A DNA stretch of 64,000 bases, from NCBI RefSeq assembly GCF_006345805.1, contig NC_043010.1, positions 7,502,001 through 7,566,000 on the forward strand, given 5' to 3'. The position numbers were made by a program, and so were the translations under genes. Source of the DNA: Octopus sinensis (taxonomy: Eukaryota). A model generated the notes under the pieces. It was not told the origin of the DNA. It made no database searches and saw nothing but the letters and a program-made list of their open reading frames with translations. Below are positions 14,970-28,406 of this stretch, piece after piece; within the stretch, counting starts at the first letter, position 1, and every line of letters begins with the position of its first letter.

Positions 14970-16068
14970 TGTGTATGTATTTCCTTATATATATATAATG
15001 AAAGATTGGAAACAAACAAGCTTGACTTGTTTTTTTCTGCTTAAAATCAATTCTGAATATATTTCACAGAAATGATGTCATTTACCCAAAGCAAATATCA
15101 GGCTAGACAAGAACAAGAATCTTACTCAACAACAATAAAAGAAATGTTTTTAAATTCTTGTCATTTATGATGCAGCATATAAAAATAAAACAAATAAGAT
15201 TTCATTGATGTATCAGTAATCAACTTGAATGTATTTCTCTCATTTGGTGACAAAAACATATCTAGATGAGACCTTATATTTGTGTTTACCATTATTAGAA
15301 ATGTCCAAAGCCAAGTGGTTATGACACAAGCCTCTCAGGCAGACATACTTAAACATAACTATTCTTGTATGTTGTTAAACACAACACATTATCAATTAAT
15401 TGCCAGAGAGATACAAGCACCACAAGAGTGTAATAGAGAAAAGGAATTCTTTCTCCAAAGTTTCTAAATGACCTTATATGTTTTAAAAGACAATATAAAT
15501 ATGCAGGATCATATATGTGTGTATTTAATGTGGATGTAAAATTACTTGTCATTAGAGCTTTTGCAGTAACTATAGTCGAAGGTAAATACTCCTTATTCCC
15601 AAAACCTTTGTGATATCTAATTTCACAATATAACTAAATACATACAGAGATGACTTCATACATTCACCACCTACACTGTTTTGGCACACTAATAATAGAA
15701 TATACCACACACACACAAACACACACACACACACACACATACGTATACGTATACATACACCACTCTCACTCACACACACATATGTACATTAATCTATATA
15801 CTTTACAATATTACAGATCTATTTCAGTCTATCTTACCTATCAGTTTCACACATGAATTAGGTAATTAGATGATAACTTAACTCTGCACTTATCAGAGTG
15901 GTTGATATGGACAGTATGGCAGCGGTTTTTTGAATCACTTAACACATCCACTCTATTGACAAATATACAAATGTCTATTCTTTTGACATAATTACTTGGA
16001 CAACTCTCTTTCTCCCTCCCTCTCTCTCTATCTCTCTCTCTCTCTCCACACACACATACACACATAGC

Positions 16069-16243
16069 ATCATCATCATCATCGTTTAACGTCCGCTTTC
16101 CATGCTAGCATGGGTTGGACGATTTTGACTGAGGGCTGACAAACTAGATGGCTGCACCAGGCTCCAATCTTGACCTGGCAGAGTTTCTACAGCTGGATGC
16201 CCTTCCTAACGCCAACCACTCTGAGAGTGTAGTGGGTGCTTTT
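16069..16243 (-). mobile_element. SINE-like retroposon family B, 3' fragment with (GAT)n tail
   Basis: catcatcatcgtttaacgtccgc...ggatgcccttcctaacgccaacc motif shared by at least 6 copies. Confidence 0.88.
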
Positions 16244-18213
16244 ATATATATATATATGTATATATGTGTGTATGTGTGTGTGTGTCTGTGTGAGTGTGCA
16301 TGTGTCTGTGTGTCTGTGTGTCTGTGTATACATATATACCTATACATATAAATATAGATATATGTGCATATTGCTAGTGATACTACTGCTAACTAATTGC
16401 TGTAATGACTATGACCAATTTGAAACTAACAAACATAATACCTTAGTTTCATTTCATATGGTACATTTACAAAACCTTTGCAGGCCTCAACGACTGGCGA
16501 ATATTTTGAACAAGTAACAAACCTATAACCAAATATATATTTAGGATTATCTCCTGCTTTGCAAAGATTAAACAGAGTAAAATTTATATGACTTTTAAAA
16601 TAACCTAGGAGTTTATTGTTTAACTAAATAGTTCAGATTGAGACCTATTTTTCTTTTTAATAACAACAGATTTTTAATGACAAAAAACTAATTGTTGATA
16701 AAAATTGGAACTCCTGATTAAATTCCTTAATTAACATACAACACTAATTAATTACATTACTCTTAAATAAAAAAAATCATGTATAATCAATTAATGATAT
16801 ATAGTAATTAATCTAAATAGAAGCAATATGAATGTACGTCACATTGTTATAAGCCTAAAAAATAATTATGTGCTCCCCAGTTTCATAACGAGTATAGAGG
16901 AAAATGAGATTTGTTTTGTTAAAGAGATAGAAAATATTGTACGTTTTATATACTGAAAAATTCCATAGAAAACTGTGTTAGTCGATGACAAGTTTTAATA
17001 GAAAATAAATTAGATATCTGTAAACAGAAATATACATACAATAATATTTGCTTCAAAAAGAATTTGGTATGTACAAAGTAAAAAAAATGAAAGGTTTGCA
17101 ATTTCCTAAAAATTTGTTTCTCAAAATAAACTACAGAGAAATTCAGTATCTAGAAATGATGTTATGCAAACAGAAGTAAGAGTAGTTTGGTAAATGATAT
17201 CAAAAGAATGGCAACATTAAATCAAATTTAGAGAAAAAAAAAATACAATCACAGAATATATTCAATTTGAATATCAGTCATATGAAAATAAAAATCCAGG
17301 AAAGCAAAAGAAGAAAAAAGACAGCAATAACATCTATTGTAATATAACATTGAAGAATTTTCACATTAAAGAATAGTCATTGTTTTGTTTTTAGTTCAGT
17401 TTTATATCTGGTTTTATCCCTGTAATATCGGTAATGGTTGGAAATTCAAAGCAAGCTATGCATTGATGGTAAGCTTATCAAATGTCATTCTTTTAAGATA
17501 TATTATAAAATATGACAGTTTGGTAAGGTATTACCAAACTGTCATGTTTTATTGTGTTGAATTATTTTGAGAAAAATCATGTAGAGCCCCTTTTCACTAT
17601 GGTGTTGTAATATTGAGATAGAATTAAGAAAATAATTATGTTTCTTGCTATGCTTCTTAACCTAGTATTTAAAATTATAGTTAGCCCTTCCTCGTAAGCA
17701 ATTTAATAAAAATATTTTAAATTTCAAACAGATACATTTTTTTATTTATATTTTTTACCAAATCAACCAAAACATTCTTTTAACTTTAACTCTATATTTT
17801 AATAAGTTGACTTTTAGCAATCTTTAAGAATCAAAATCAAATTAAAAACAAACTGCTAAATAGTAATTATTTGAACAATCTTATTTCCAATTTTTCAAAG
17901 AAATATTATGATGTAGCACTTTAAAATTATGTTATTGATTCAAGAATATTGTCTGCATTTTATGTTGTATTTTTAACATAGGGAGTGGGGAATTTATAAA
18001 TGAAAAAATGCTTTGGCAATCACCATGTGTCACATAGATGAATTTTGCTCTCCGTGTATGAATGTAATATCAAGTATGTTTCATTTTAAGATTGATTTCC
18101 TATATGAAAAATTACCTTTTTTTATTTTTACACTCTTTTTCCTTTCACTTTGGCAGTCACTGTTTGATTTGCTATTTTAAAGTTAACCAACACTCTGCGG
18201 GAAAGTACCTACA

Positions 18214-18503
18214 TTAAGATTTAGGAATATGGTGAATTGGTACAGCAGGTAGTGGTTTGGAATATGATGTAAAACTGTTTCTTGTTGGTAGATTCCATAT
18301 CTGTAGTTTTGTGTTAGTGTCATTACTACAGACTTGAGATGATTTCAAATCAATAATATCATTGCAATGAGAATTTTGACCCATTTTATATTTGTAGGAA
18401 GTTCTGGTAGTGCCACCACTAGTATTCTTTGCCCTAGTGAGTGTTTGTTTTAAAGACCTCCTACCTGTAGTCGGAAGCAGCTCTGGCTGGCAAATCTTAG
18501 CGC
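18214..18503 (-). CDS. Candidate terminal coding exon of an unidentified host gene (GAKICQPELLPTTGRRSLKQ...PAVPIHHIPKS*)
   Basis: Strong acceptor ttcttctttttcttctcatctttgcttttcttcag. Phase-1 start, then 95 sense codons and TAA, in very AT-rich DNA. Followed by a SINE-free AT-rich stretch that looks like a 3'UTR. Phase-compatible with exon 26049-25890. Confidence 0.5.
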
Positions 18504-20206
18504 CTGAAGAAAAGCAAAGATGAGAAGAAAAAGAAGAACCAAGTTTAAATTTGGGAAAAGAAAGGTAGCTTTAAACACTGAATAGCAAAAGGAGAAAAAA
18601 AAAAGCAAAAACCAGCAGCAAATAAATTTTACAATAAAAATACAATAAATAATTAAATAAAAATATCATTGTTTTAAATAAATTAAAATGGAAGTCAATA
18701 ACCTCAGCTTCCAGGCAAGCAGATATTGAAACAAAAGGTTAACTGAGAAATAATGAAAATTAAAAGAGTAAGCTCCAGTTATATATTAAGAATATAACAA
18801 TGAACTTCTTTAGAATTAAAATAAAAAAATTAAAAGAAATGATATTTCATGGATTATTAATGATAAGTCAATATCCAATCTTTGATATGCAATACATGAA
18901 AGGTATGTTATACACACAGTAAGCCCTTTGATTGGAAAAGAAACTTAAGGGATCTTGAGTTATAAGTTCCCAAACAAAATCCATAATCTGTTTGAAATTG
19001 TGTATAAGATTGATAATTAAGATTAATTTTAGTCCATTCATTTCTTAAAATGCTTTATGAACATTGGAAAGAACTAAGTTACAAAATAATGGCTTCTTGT
19101 AACTGCCTCATATTCCTTATGATGATTTAAATAGTTCCATTCTAAATGCATTCAATGTTTAGAAGTGAAGTTGTATAAAATTTCTTTAAATAGAATTTTT
19201 TTTTTTATAAATTATATTTATAAACTCTATTATGAGTTCAAGTTCACAAGATTTAAACCAAATGACCTTTGTACTTTTCTTAGGGAGAAGAATGTTCATT
19301 CAACTGAGTCTAGGATATTTTGCCTTCTTTACTGAGGGACTTGATTGTGTACATATGGTATTTTTGTTCAGGCAGGATCACAAGCAAAACAAAAATTATG
19401 TAAATAATTCTAATGGTTTCGGGTATTAAAAATATTTTATCACACAGACATTTATGAGAAAATACGTTTACATATTCCCCAGAGACACTCCTGCAAAAAT
19501 ATATGTTAAAAAATTTCGATATGATTTTAGAACGTCTCAAACGCTAAAAATTCAGAGAAACTAGAAGCATAGAATGCAACATACTAAAGGTCGAATTCTT
19601 TCTCGAATTTGTAAAAACATGAAAGCCTACACAATTTCAGGTATGCATTTATAGTTACATGAATTGGAAATCATTATTTTTGCAGATATGTTTATTAACT
19701 ACTGGTAAACACACACACACACACACACTAACTTAAAAGCACTGGCAATAGCATGAAATGCAATGAACCACTGATGAAGTCTTTACAATAGCTTAACCTG
19801 TTAGACATAGCAGCCAAATTTCTCTTGAATTTCATTTTGTCACCAAAAAGGCCATATGGACCAGTGATAACGATGTTGTTTGGCTCAAAATCAGAACATC
19901 ACAAGTTCAATTCCTGGATCAGGTAACACATTGTAACCTTGAGCAAGATACTTCATTTCATGCTACTCCAGTCAACTTGACAGTAATAAATGCCAACGAG
20001 ATGCTGATACAGCTCAGTCTCTCTCTTTCATTTATAGCTGTGACATCTTAGCTGTTCCACTGCCTCAAATTTGGGAGAGCCAAGAGGGAGTCCACATATG
20101 CTTGTGACTACATAATCCCTAAAAAACCATTTAATGAAAGTGAGGTACATGTTACAAAGCTATACACGCTTGTAAGTGATGGCTGACCAATTTTTCTTTT
20201 GGAAGC

Positions 20207-20582
20207 ACTCCGTCGGTTACGACGATGAGGGTTCCGGTTGATCTGAATCAACGGAACAGCCTGCTCGTGAAATTAACGTGTAAGTGGCTGAGCACTCCAC
20301 AGACACGTGTACCCTTAACGTAGTTCTCGGGGATATTCAGCGTGACACAGAGAGTGACAAGGCCGGCCCTTTGAAATACAGGTACAACAGAAACAGGAAG
20401 TAAGAGTGAGAGTAAGTTGTGGTGAAAGAGTACAGCAGGGATCACCACCATCCCCTGCTGGAGCCTCATGAAGTTTTAGGTGTTTTTGCTCAATAAACAC
20501 TCACAACGCCCGGTCTGGGAATCGAAACCGCGATCCTATGACCGCGAGTCCGCTGCCCTAACCACTAGGCCCTTGCGCCTCC
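20207..20582 (-). mobile_element. tRNA-derived SINE family E, near full length
   Basis: Minus-strand head ggaggcgcaagggcctagtggttagggcagcgg...ggtttcgattccc with pol III A and B boxes; CpGs retained. Confidence 0.85.
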
Positions 20583-20935
20583 TATGGCTGACCATACTGT
20601 ACTCTACATTGATTTTGGACAGATCCATTGAATAGTACAGACCATGTGGTTTTGGGTTCAGTCAGACTTCATACCACCTTGGACAAATGTCTTCTACTAT
20701 CACGTCAGGCTGGCTAAACATGTCATGGTTAGAATTTTTGTCAGGGTGTGTACAGAGGGAAAGAGCCCCCATAAAAATTCTTAATCTCCAATTTGATGAA
20801 ATTCAAATCATCAGTATTCCAGTTCATTAGAGAAAACATAAAAAAAAAATCTAATTCTTCAATTCCATGTGACATGGGAAATGCCAGGTATCTCTGCTAG
20901 TATATATATATATACACACACATGTATTTGTATAC

Positions 20936-21110
20936 AGGCACAGGCACGACTGCGTAGTAAGAAGCTTGCTTCCCAACCACATGTTCCATGTTGAGTCCCA
21001 CTGTGTGGCACCTTGGACAAGTGTGTCTTCTACTATAGCCATGGGCAGACCAAAGCCTTCTGAATGGATTTGATAGATGGAAAACGAAAGAAGCCCATCG
21101 TATATATATG

Positions 21111-21143
<33 letters not shown>

Positions 21144-21430
21144 ATATATATATACATATATTTGTGTGTGTATTTATGCATGTGTGTACATATGTTTATG
21201 CGTGTGTATATTTGTATGTATGTCTGTGTTTGTCCCCCACCATCGCTTGACAACCAATGTTGGTGTGTTTACATCCCCTGTAACTTAGCGGTTCAGCAAA
21301 ATAAACCAATAGAATAAGTACTAGGCTTACAAAGAATAAGCCCTGGGGGGTCAATTTCTTCAACTAAAAAAACCCTTTAAGGTGGTGCTCCAGCATGGCC
21401 TCAGTCAAACGACTGAAACAAGTAAAAGAA
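20936..21430 (+). mobile_element. SINE family A with expanded internal microsatellite
   Basis: Homology to family A. Confidence 0.85.
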
Positions 21431-22265
21431 TATAAAAATAAAATTTTATTGGGTTTAAATTTAGATCCCTTTAAAACTGAAAGTTTGTACCACAGAACTA
21501 AAAGCGGTCTTGGCCAGCGTGGTATCAAAAAGTCAGTGTTCATGATGGAAGTGAAGCTTGGTGCAATTGGCAGTGCATTCGCAGAGATGTGCTGAGTGAG
21601 TCCTGTGGAATTGCTTGTTTATCCATATTTGTTTATCCTAGATTGGTATTTGTAAAGGTCTTGCATTTTTTTATATTCGAAATCTTATCCATTAGTGTAT
21701 GACTTTGGATTATTCATATTGATGAAGTTGATAATTTTCATAAACATCAAACTTAGCTGTGTTACTAGGCTTTGTTATACAGTTGTGAGAATATACCACC
21801 TACTCAGGGTAAAGTGCCAATGAAATTATCTGTAGTACTCATGTGATATGAATGTTTTTGTGATATACGCTTATATCACTAAAACATTTATATAACCGAA
21901 ATACTAAAATTACTAAGTCTCTCTAAAAGAGATTACGGCAGCGTTACTGGAAATTAATTGTTATTGCCATATTAATATGGCAGTCTTATAGATATAAGAC
22001 TAAAGCTGTCACTGATTAGCTCCATGAGGCCATCGCCTTAAGCTAGCTATTTGACACACAAACTGTGTCCATTATAACCCTAATTTGATAGAAGATGGCA
22101 AAGTCTTTGTGTAATCAAAAATTACAGTCACTGAGAATGCAATAGGTATGACAGTTATATCTTACAGAGGCTTAAGTTTTCTTTTTTTCCCGACCTGTAT
22201 TAGTGATCCAAAAGGTCTTGCATAATTCATATTTAGAATATTAATGATTAATGTACACATTTTCT

Positions 22266-22498
22266 TATTTCTTTATTACCCACAAGGGGCTAAACATAGA
22301 GGGGACAAACAAGGACAAACAAAGGGATTAAGTCGATTATATCGACTCCAGTGCGTAACTGGTACTTAATTTATCGACCCCAAAAGTATGAAAGGCAATG
22401 TCGACCTAGGTGGAATTTGAACTCAGAACGTAACGGCAGACGAAATACCACTAAGCATTTCACCCGGTGTGCTAACGTTTCTGCCAGCTCACTGCCTT
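22266..22498 (-). mobile_element. tRNA-derived SINE family C with 16-bp TSD
   Basis: TSD AATGTACACATTTTCT at 22250-22265 and 22500-22515. Confidence 0.92.
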
Positions 22499-22562
22499 AA
22501 ATGTACACATTTTCTGCTCACACACATGCACACATATGCACACATTCATACACATACACTCA

Positions 22563-22595
<33 letters not shown>

Positions 22596-22974
22596 CACAC
22601 ACACACACACTCACACACATATTCACTCACTGACACTCATACACACATACACAGAGAAAAAAAGAGGGGGTTGAAACACATGCAAACAGGTATTTATGAA
22701 GGCATACACTTGCAGATATATAGACAACATGCTTATAGATATGTTGCTTATAAATATGTCTGTATATATATATATACATACATGCACACAGTATTACACA
22801 TATGATAAGGCTAAAACCATTGCTGTAGTCTTCTGTAATCTACAAAATATCTACAATTTACACTATTATCAACATTCTAAAACACTATTACAACATACTA
22901 AAATTATCTTCACTCCATTTGCTCTAGACAAATGCAATCTCTTTATACATTCACAGTAAAAGAGTTGCAAAGCT

Positions 22975-23061
22975 CTCTCTCTCTCTCTCTCTCATAACCA
23001 AAGAAGAAGTTATCAATCATCATTACTGTCACCATCCTCCTCCTCCTCCTCCTCCTCCTCC

Positions 23062-23104
<43 letters not shown>

Positions 23105-23115
23105 CATCATCATCC

Positions 23116-23160
<45 letters not shown>

Positions 23161-23165
23161 CCACC

Positions 23166-23199
<34 letters not shown>

Positions 23200-23260
23200 T
23201 CATCATCTCATCATCATCATCATCATCATCATCATCAACAACAGCAACAACAACAACAAC
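22975..23260. repeat. Compound (CT)n/(CCT)n/(CAT)n/(CAC)n/(CAA)n microsatellite
   Basis: Direct reading; produces the poly-Met ORF. Confidence 0.95.
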
Positions 23261-23984
23261 GCCATCACTAATAAGGAAAAAACTGTCTTTTTAACATCAT
23301 CATCATCCATTTAAATCCCATGTTTGGAGTGCGGGGTTTCGTCCAGCACACACCACAGCTGATATCGATGTTTTTAATACCCAGCCACGTTTGGAGCTTA
23401 TTATGTGAGCTTTGCTACTCAGCATGTTAACATTACATACATATTTGACGGACCACACTTGCTTCATCTCTTTCTCTCTCTCTCTCTGGCATTGCAGATC
23501 TGCCTCCCACATTTAGTACCTGTCTTACTATCAAGCAGTCTTATGCATACCTCCAGTAGCATAACTAAAACGAGAGGGCCTTAGGAGTAGTCCACTCTGA
23601 GTGGTGCTTTTATAGGGACAGCGCTTTTGTGTCAATCTACTGTAAAACCTGTATAGGGAGCAGGAGTGCAGCAAAAACAAGGGCTGGTCTGGGAGGCACA
23701 CAAGTCTAGCTAAACCACCACATACCTTATAAATAATGTTTTTCGGTTTAAATAAACAAAATCTTTGTTGCTAACTGAAGCAACAACCCTTCCTCACCAC
23801 AAAAACAGAAATTCAATTATTCCATTCCTTATTTTGGTAACACTTCTCATAAATTGCATGGAATTTAAAAGAGCTCTTGGGTACAGACTAAATCTACTTT
23901 ATATAGCAGTGTCTTGTATATGTAATTTATTAAGCTGAAACACTTTGAATAACCGAGATTATATTTTGGAAATATATATATATA

Positions 23985-24367
23985 GGCGCAGGAGTGGCTG
24001 TGTGGTAAGTAGCTTGCTAACCAACCACATGGTTCCGGGTTCAGTCCCACTGCGTGGCATCTTGGGCAAGTGTCTTCTGCTATAGCCCCGGGCCGACCAA
24101 TGCCTTGTGAGTGGATTTGGTAGACGGAAACTGAAAGAAGCCTGTCGTATATATGTATATATATGTGTGTGTCTGTGTTTGTCTGTATATGGTGGTGTGT
24201 TTACGTCCCCGTCACTTAGCGGTTCAGCAAAAAGAGACCAATAGAATAAGTACTGGGCTTACAAAAGAATAAGTCCCGGGGTCAAGTTGCTCGATTAAAG
24301 GCGGTGCTCCAGCATGGCCACAGTCAAATGACTGAAACAAGTAAAAGAGTAAAAGAGTAAAAGAGTA
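23985..24367 (+). mobile_element. SINE family A, full length, young
   Basis: Near identical to copies at 12277, 28011 and 52399. Confidence 0.92.
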
Positions 24368-24750
24368 ATTGTTTCAAATGTCTATTTTATCATGCTTCCA
24401 CAGGTCAGGTGAGACAATGATAGGGGGAACCGTTTTCTACAGCTGGATGCATTTCCTGATGCCAAATGGTACTTGTTTCCATCCTGAGGAAAATAATTTC
24501 TCAGTCTATCAAATAACAAACGACCCAAACATTATAACGTGGAGAACAAGAAACGACACTATGAAAGCGTCTTTTGTCTACAAGAAGTCCAGACATGCTA
24601 TTGTGGTAACTGCAAGTAAACAGCACCATCACTGAAGCCATTGTTTACAACCAGTGAACAAACACATGCAAAGACACACAGAGTAATACATACATATATA
24701 TGTATGCATGCATGCACACACACATGCATATATAAGCATATATATGTGTT

Positions 24751-24789
<39 letters not shown>

Positions 24790-24791
<2 letters not shown>

Positions 24792-25192
24792 TCTCTTTGT
24801 GGTACCACAAAGAGAGAAGAGCAAAGACTGGTAACGGCTCAAAGAGCCATGGAAAGGTCAATGCTTGGTATCTCTTTGAGAGAGCACATAAGTAGCAAGA
24901 TCATTAGAAAGAAGTCCGGCGTGAGAGATGTCATCGCAGAGTATACACGCAGCAAGTATAGATGGGCTGGACACATCGCCCAGCTCACCGATAATCGGTG
25001 GACGCACGCAGTTATCAAGTGGTACCCGTGTGAGTGGAAAAGACCACCCGGAAGACCTCCACGATGGTGGAGTTACGATTTCAGGAGGACGATTGGGATC
25101 ACGTGGATGAGAAAGGCACAATCCAGAGAGGAGTGACCAGCGGTGTCAAATGGACGCCTGATGGACTGGTTGCTCAAGGTGATCAAGGTGAT
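24790..25192 (+). mobile_element. 5'-truncated RTE-clade LINE, RT C-terminal region
   Basis: Translation ...AQRAMERSMLGISLREH...KYRWAGHIAQLTDNRWT...WYPCEWKRPPGRPPRWW, typical of the RTE C-terminus. Ends in (CAAGGTGAT)2 and sits inside (AT)n. Confidence 0.88.
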
Positions 25193-25889
25193 ATATATAT
25201 ACATACATGTACATATATATAAATGTATGTATGTATATGTAGAGAGAGAAAGTGAGAGTGGGGAGAGGTAAATAAACAGATAGATCTTGTCCTGGATATG
25301 ATTTTAAACTGCATCTGGTTGTGGGACCCCAGTTCTGGAGTTCAGGAGTTCCAAGATTCTGTGGAGTGTGGAACCACCTTTAGCTACTATTAATCCCTGG
25401 GTCTTCTCTGACCCTAAGTAGTAGCACCTGCTAGGGTTCCAGCTATGGATCAATTAGCATGTTATGCTAAATAATTAGCACACACTGCCTTGAAAGGAAA
25501 GCCTCCGAGAGACAACCTAGAATGCAAGTCAAGGAGTGGAGTCCCTAGGTGGTCCAGTGCCCCTTTTGATGCCCTTCTGGCAAATCCTGAGTAGGCAGAG
25601 CTCTCCAGCCCTGTAGGGAAATTCCTCTAGGAGAAGGCCACACAATACACACCAATATCTTTATTATCCATCACCATCTCCATCTCCACCACCAAAAATC
25701 CATGCTTTTTTAAACTTGCAAGCAACACATATATTTATGAGCAAAAATAAATTATATACTTTTATCAAGACATGCCTATGAAGCAGTGTATATGTGTGTG
25801 TGTGCTAGTATCTAATATGGTGCATGCCATGAGATTTTGTTAATGGAATTGAAGACAAAAGAAGGAAGTGATATAGCTGTGATAAATAC

Positions 25890-26049
25890 CTTTAACTTCT
25901 TCGTAGACTGCAGCATTTCCTTCACTCAAGCCACACCCACCTTCAGCACAAGATACTGTGGACATCACACTGTAATGGTAAGGGGCACAGATTGCTCTTT
26001 CTTTAGCTTTTTCACAAGAAGATAGACCAGTGTTCATTTGAACACATAT
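25890..26049 (-). CDS. Candidate internal coding exon, 160 nt (ICVQMNTGLSSCEKAKERAICAPYHYSVMSTVSCAEGGCGLSEGNAAVYEEVK)
   Basis: Long T-rich acceptor ...ttttattttcactgtacacag and donor AAG|gtattt. Only one frame is open (phase 0 to phase 1). Product not recognised. Confidence 0.55.
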
Positions 26050-26227
26050 CTGTGTACAGTGAAAATAAAATAAAATAAAACAAAAAAAAAAAGACAAACA
26101 AACAGAAAAGAAAGCAAATGAAGCAGAGAAGATGGATGGTATTATAGAATTCAAACCTTGAAAGGAGAAAAGAACTGCAAAAATAAGTGTTTTTATTTCT
26201 TCATTATTATCATTATTATTATTATTA

Positions 26228-26263
<36 letters not shown>

Positions 26264-26370
26264 CTAATGAAAGAAATCATATCATAAGTTTGTCAGTAGC
26301 TTTCCAATGAAGAAAATGGTAGTGAATTCTACATTGAAATTTGACCAAAGATGTTGCAGCAGCCGCATTT

Positions 26371-26520
26371 GAGGGGTGCGGAAAAGTTTTTTGCTTTGAG
26401 GAAAAGAATATATAAGAGAATCTGTTAATTATGATTTCATTCAACACATTCCCTTCTTAGATTCACACACTTATTGCAATGGTCCTTCGGTTTTTCTAAC
26501 CCCTGTAAAAGAACTCAGAA
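26371..26520 (-). mobile_element. Mariner-like transposon 3' end remnant
   Basis: Minus-strand translation FLQGLEKPKDHCNKCVNLRRECVE* resembles the mariner C-terminus; TIR-like gaggggtgcggaaaagtt. Confidence 0.75.
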
Positions 26521-26709
26521 GTTTGGTTCTAAAAGGGGAGTGAGGTAGTCCTCATAAGTTAATCTGTATGATATCCCGTCAAATATTTGTGCAGTTTAGA
26601 GGTTAAGTCATTGAGGCTGTTTAGTCCTGTGTCTCCTGTCTACTCTGATTGAGCAGATCTATGTTTAGAGGCATTCTAGCAGTGATCAGCCAAACTTTTT
26701 GATTCTCAC

Positions 26710-27100
26710 TTACTGGTACTTGTGACGGCGTTCACCCAGGGCGGGTTGAGCCGGCTTCTTCTCTGGTCCTGACGGCATCATGAACCATAGCGACCCACGC
26801 TCAATGGTCCTGTACAAGGTCACTGGAGATAGCAAGCCATTCACGGTTCCATCTGCATAGACAGACCACCTGTGGACCTGAGATTTTGGAGAGGTCCTCC
26901 TTTATCATCGTTGCTCAGGTCTTCAGCTGCCCGCCCCTGCGTTTGCGCCAGCTGGGAAGTGGAGGTGGGAGGAGGACATCGTGAATCAGCTCACCCTCTG
27001 GACACCGGGCCACACGACCGAACCACCTTAAGCACCGTTGTAGAAGCACCAAAGGAACCCGATCAATGCGTCGGCAGTGACGAATGCTGTGGAGACAGTC
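26710..27100 (-). mobile_element. Degenerate RTE-clade LINE 3' fragment (second family)
   Basis: Minus-strand translation LQRCLRWFGRVARCPEGELIHDVLLPPPLPSWRKRRGGQLKT*ATMIKEDL...QDH*AW with two premature stops; CAAGTA-like tail. Confidence 0.8.
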
Positions 27101-27474
27101 TTCATAGCAAACTTTTTGATGGGATATTCTTTCATTATTTTACTTGTTTTAATTACTGGACTATGGCTATGCTGGAGCATCACCTTGAATGGTTTTGTCA
27201 GTCATTGTGATCCAGTTTCAAATTTTGAAAATCAGACATCTGCCACATAAAATTATCACACAAGTGGCAGGGCATTCCATAAATACCTACAGATTATATG
27301 TAACTCCAAAGTTAAATACAGGATGTGTCAGAGCTATGTTTTGTATCTGCTTGGAATAGAAATGTACTCTGTCCATTTTTAGGTGTATCTGTTTATTTCA
27401 ATGAATTTCGTTAGGGTTTTGTATTCTCTATGAAAATAGGAAAATACATAAATTTTTAGGTTTTAAATTATGGA

Positions 27475-27509
<35 letters not shown>

Positions 27510-28010
27510 GTGCGTGTGTTTATCTGTGTTTGTCCCCCTCCACTGCCTGACAACTGGTGTTAGTCTATTTACATCCCTGTAACTTAGCACTTTGGCAAAA
27601 GAGATCAATACAATCAGTACCGGGTTTTAAAAGAAGAATTATGTACTAGGGTTGATTCATTTGACAAAAATTATTCAAAGTTAAAAGAGAAGAAGATATA
27701 TATACTGAATAATATACTGATAATTATTTTAGATTTTAGCTTTAAGAATATATAAGAATGTACAACTGAGAAACTGAGGAAACTAATGCAAAATTGAAAA
27801 TGAATTACCACTTTAAGTTTGTGCAGATGTAGAAGTTATTAAATAACTATTTTCACTTAAGTAACAAAGGCAATATAAATGTAACACAAACTCTGTCTTC
27901 TTGAAGTGCACAGATAGCTTTATAAAAAGTAAATCAAGTTTCAAAATGAAAGTATTTTAGTATGTGCTCATCATATGATAACACTATTATAGTGTAAATA
28001 AACATATTTA

Positions 28011-28151
28011 GGCGCAGGAGTGGCTGTGTGGTAAGTAGCTTGCTAACCAACCACATGGTTCCGGGTTCAGTCCCACTGCATGGCATCTTGGGCAAGTGTC
28101 TTCTGCTATAGCCCCGGGCCGACCAATGCCTTGTGAGTGGATTTGGTAGTA

Positions 28152-28196
<45 letters not shown>

Positions 28197-28406
28197 TTGT
28201 GTGTCTGTGTTTGTCCCCCTAGCATTGCTTGACAACCGATGCTGATGTGTTTACATCCCCATCACTTAGCAGTTCAGCAAAAGAGACCGATAGAATAAGT
28301 ATGGGCTTACAAAGAATAAGTCCCAGGGTCGATTTGCTCGACTAAAGGCGGTACTCCAGCATGGCCACAGTCAAATGACTGAAACAAGTAAAAGAGTAAA
28401 AGAGTA
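28011..28406 (+). mobile_element. SINE family A, young, with small internal deletion
   Basis: Lacks the acggaaactgaaagaagcctgtcg segment present in sister copies. Confidence 0.9.

Noticed and set aside
23555-23720. Possible hAT-type MITE termini (cagtagcataacta / tagctaaaccac)
   Set aside because: Too degenerate, and no TSD found.
25940-25965. SCAEGGCG resembles the xanthine dehydrogenase 2Fe-2S motif CAEGGCGAC
   Set aside because: The flanking cysteines and surrounding XDH residues are absent; treated as coincidence.
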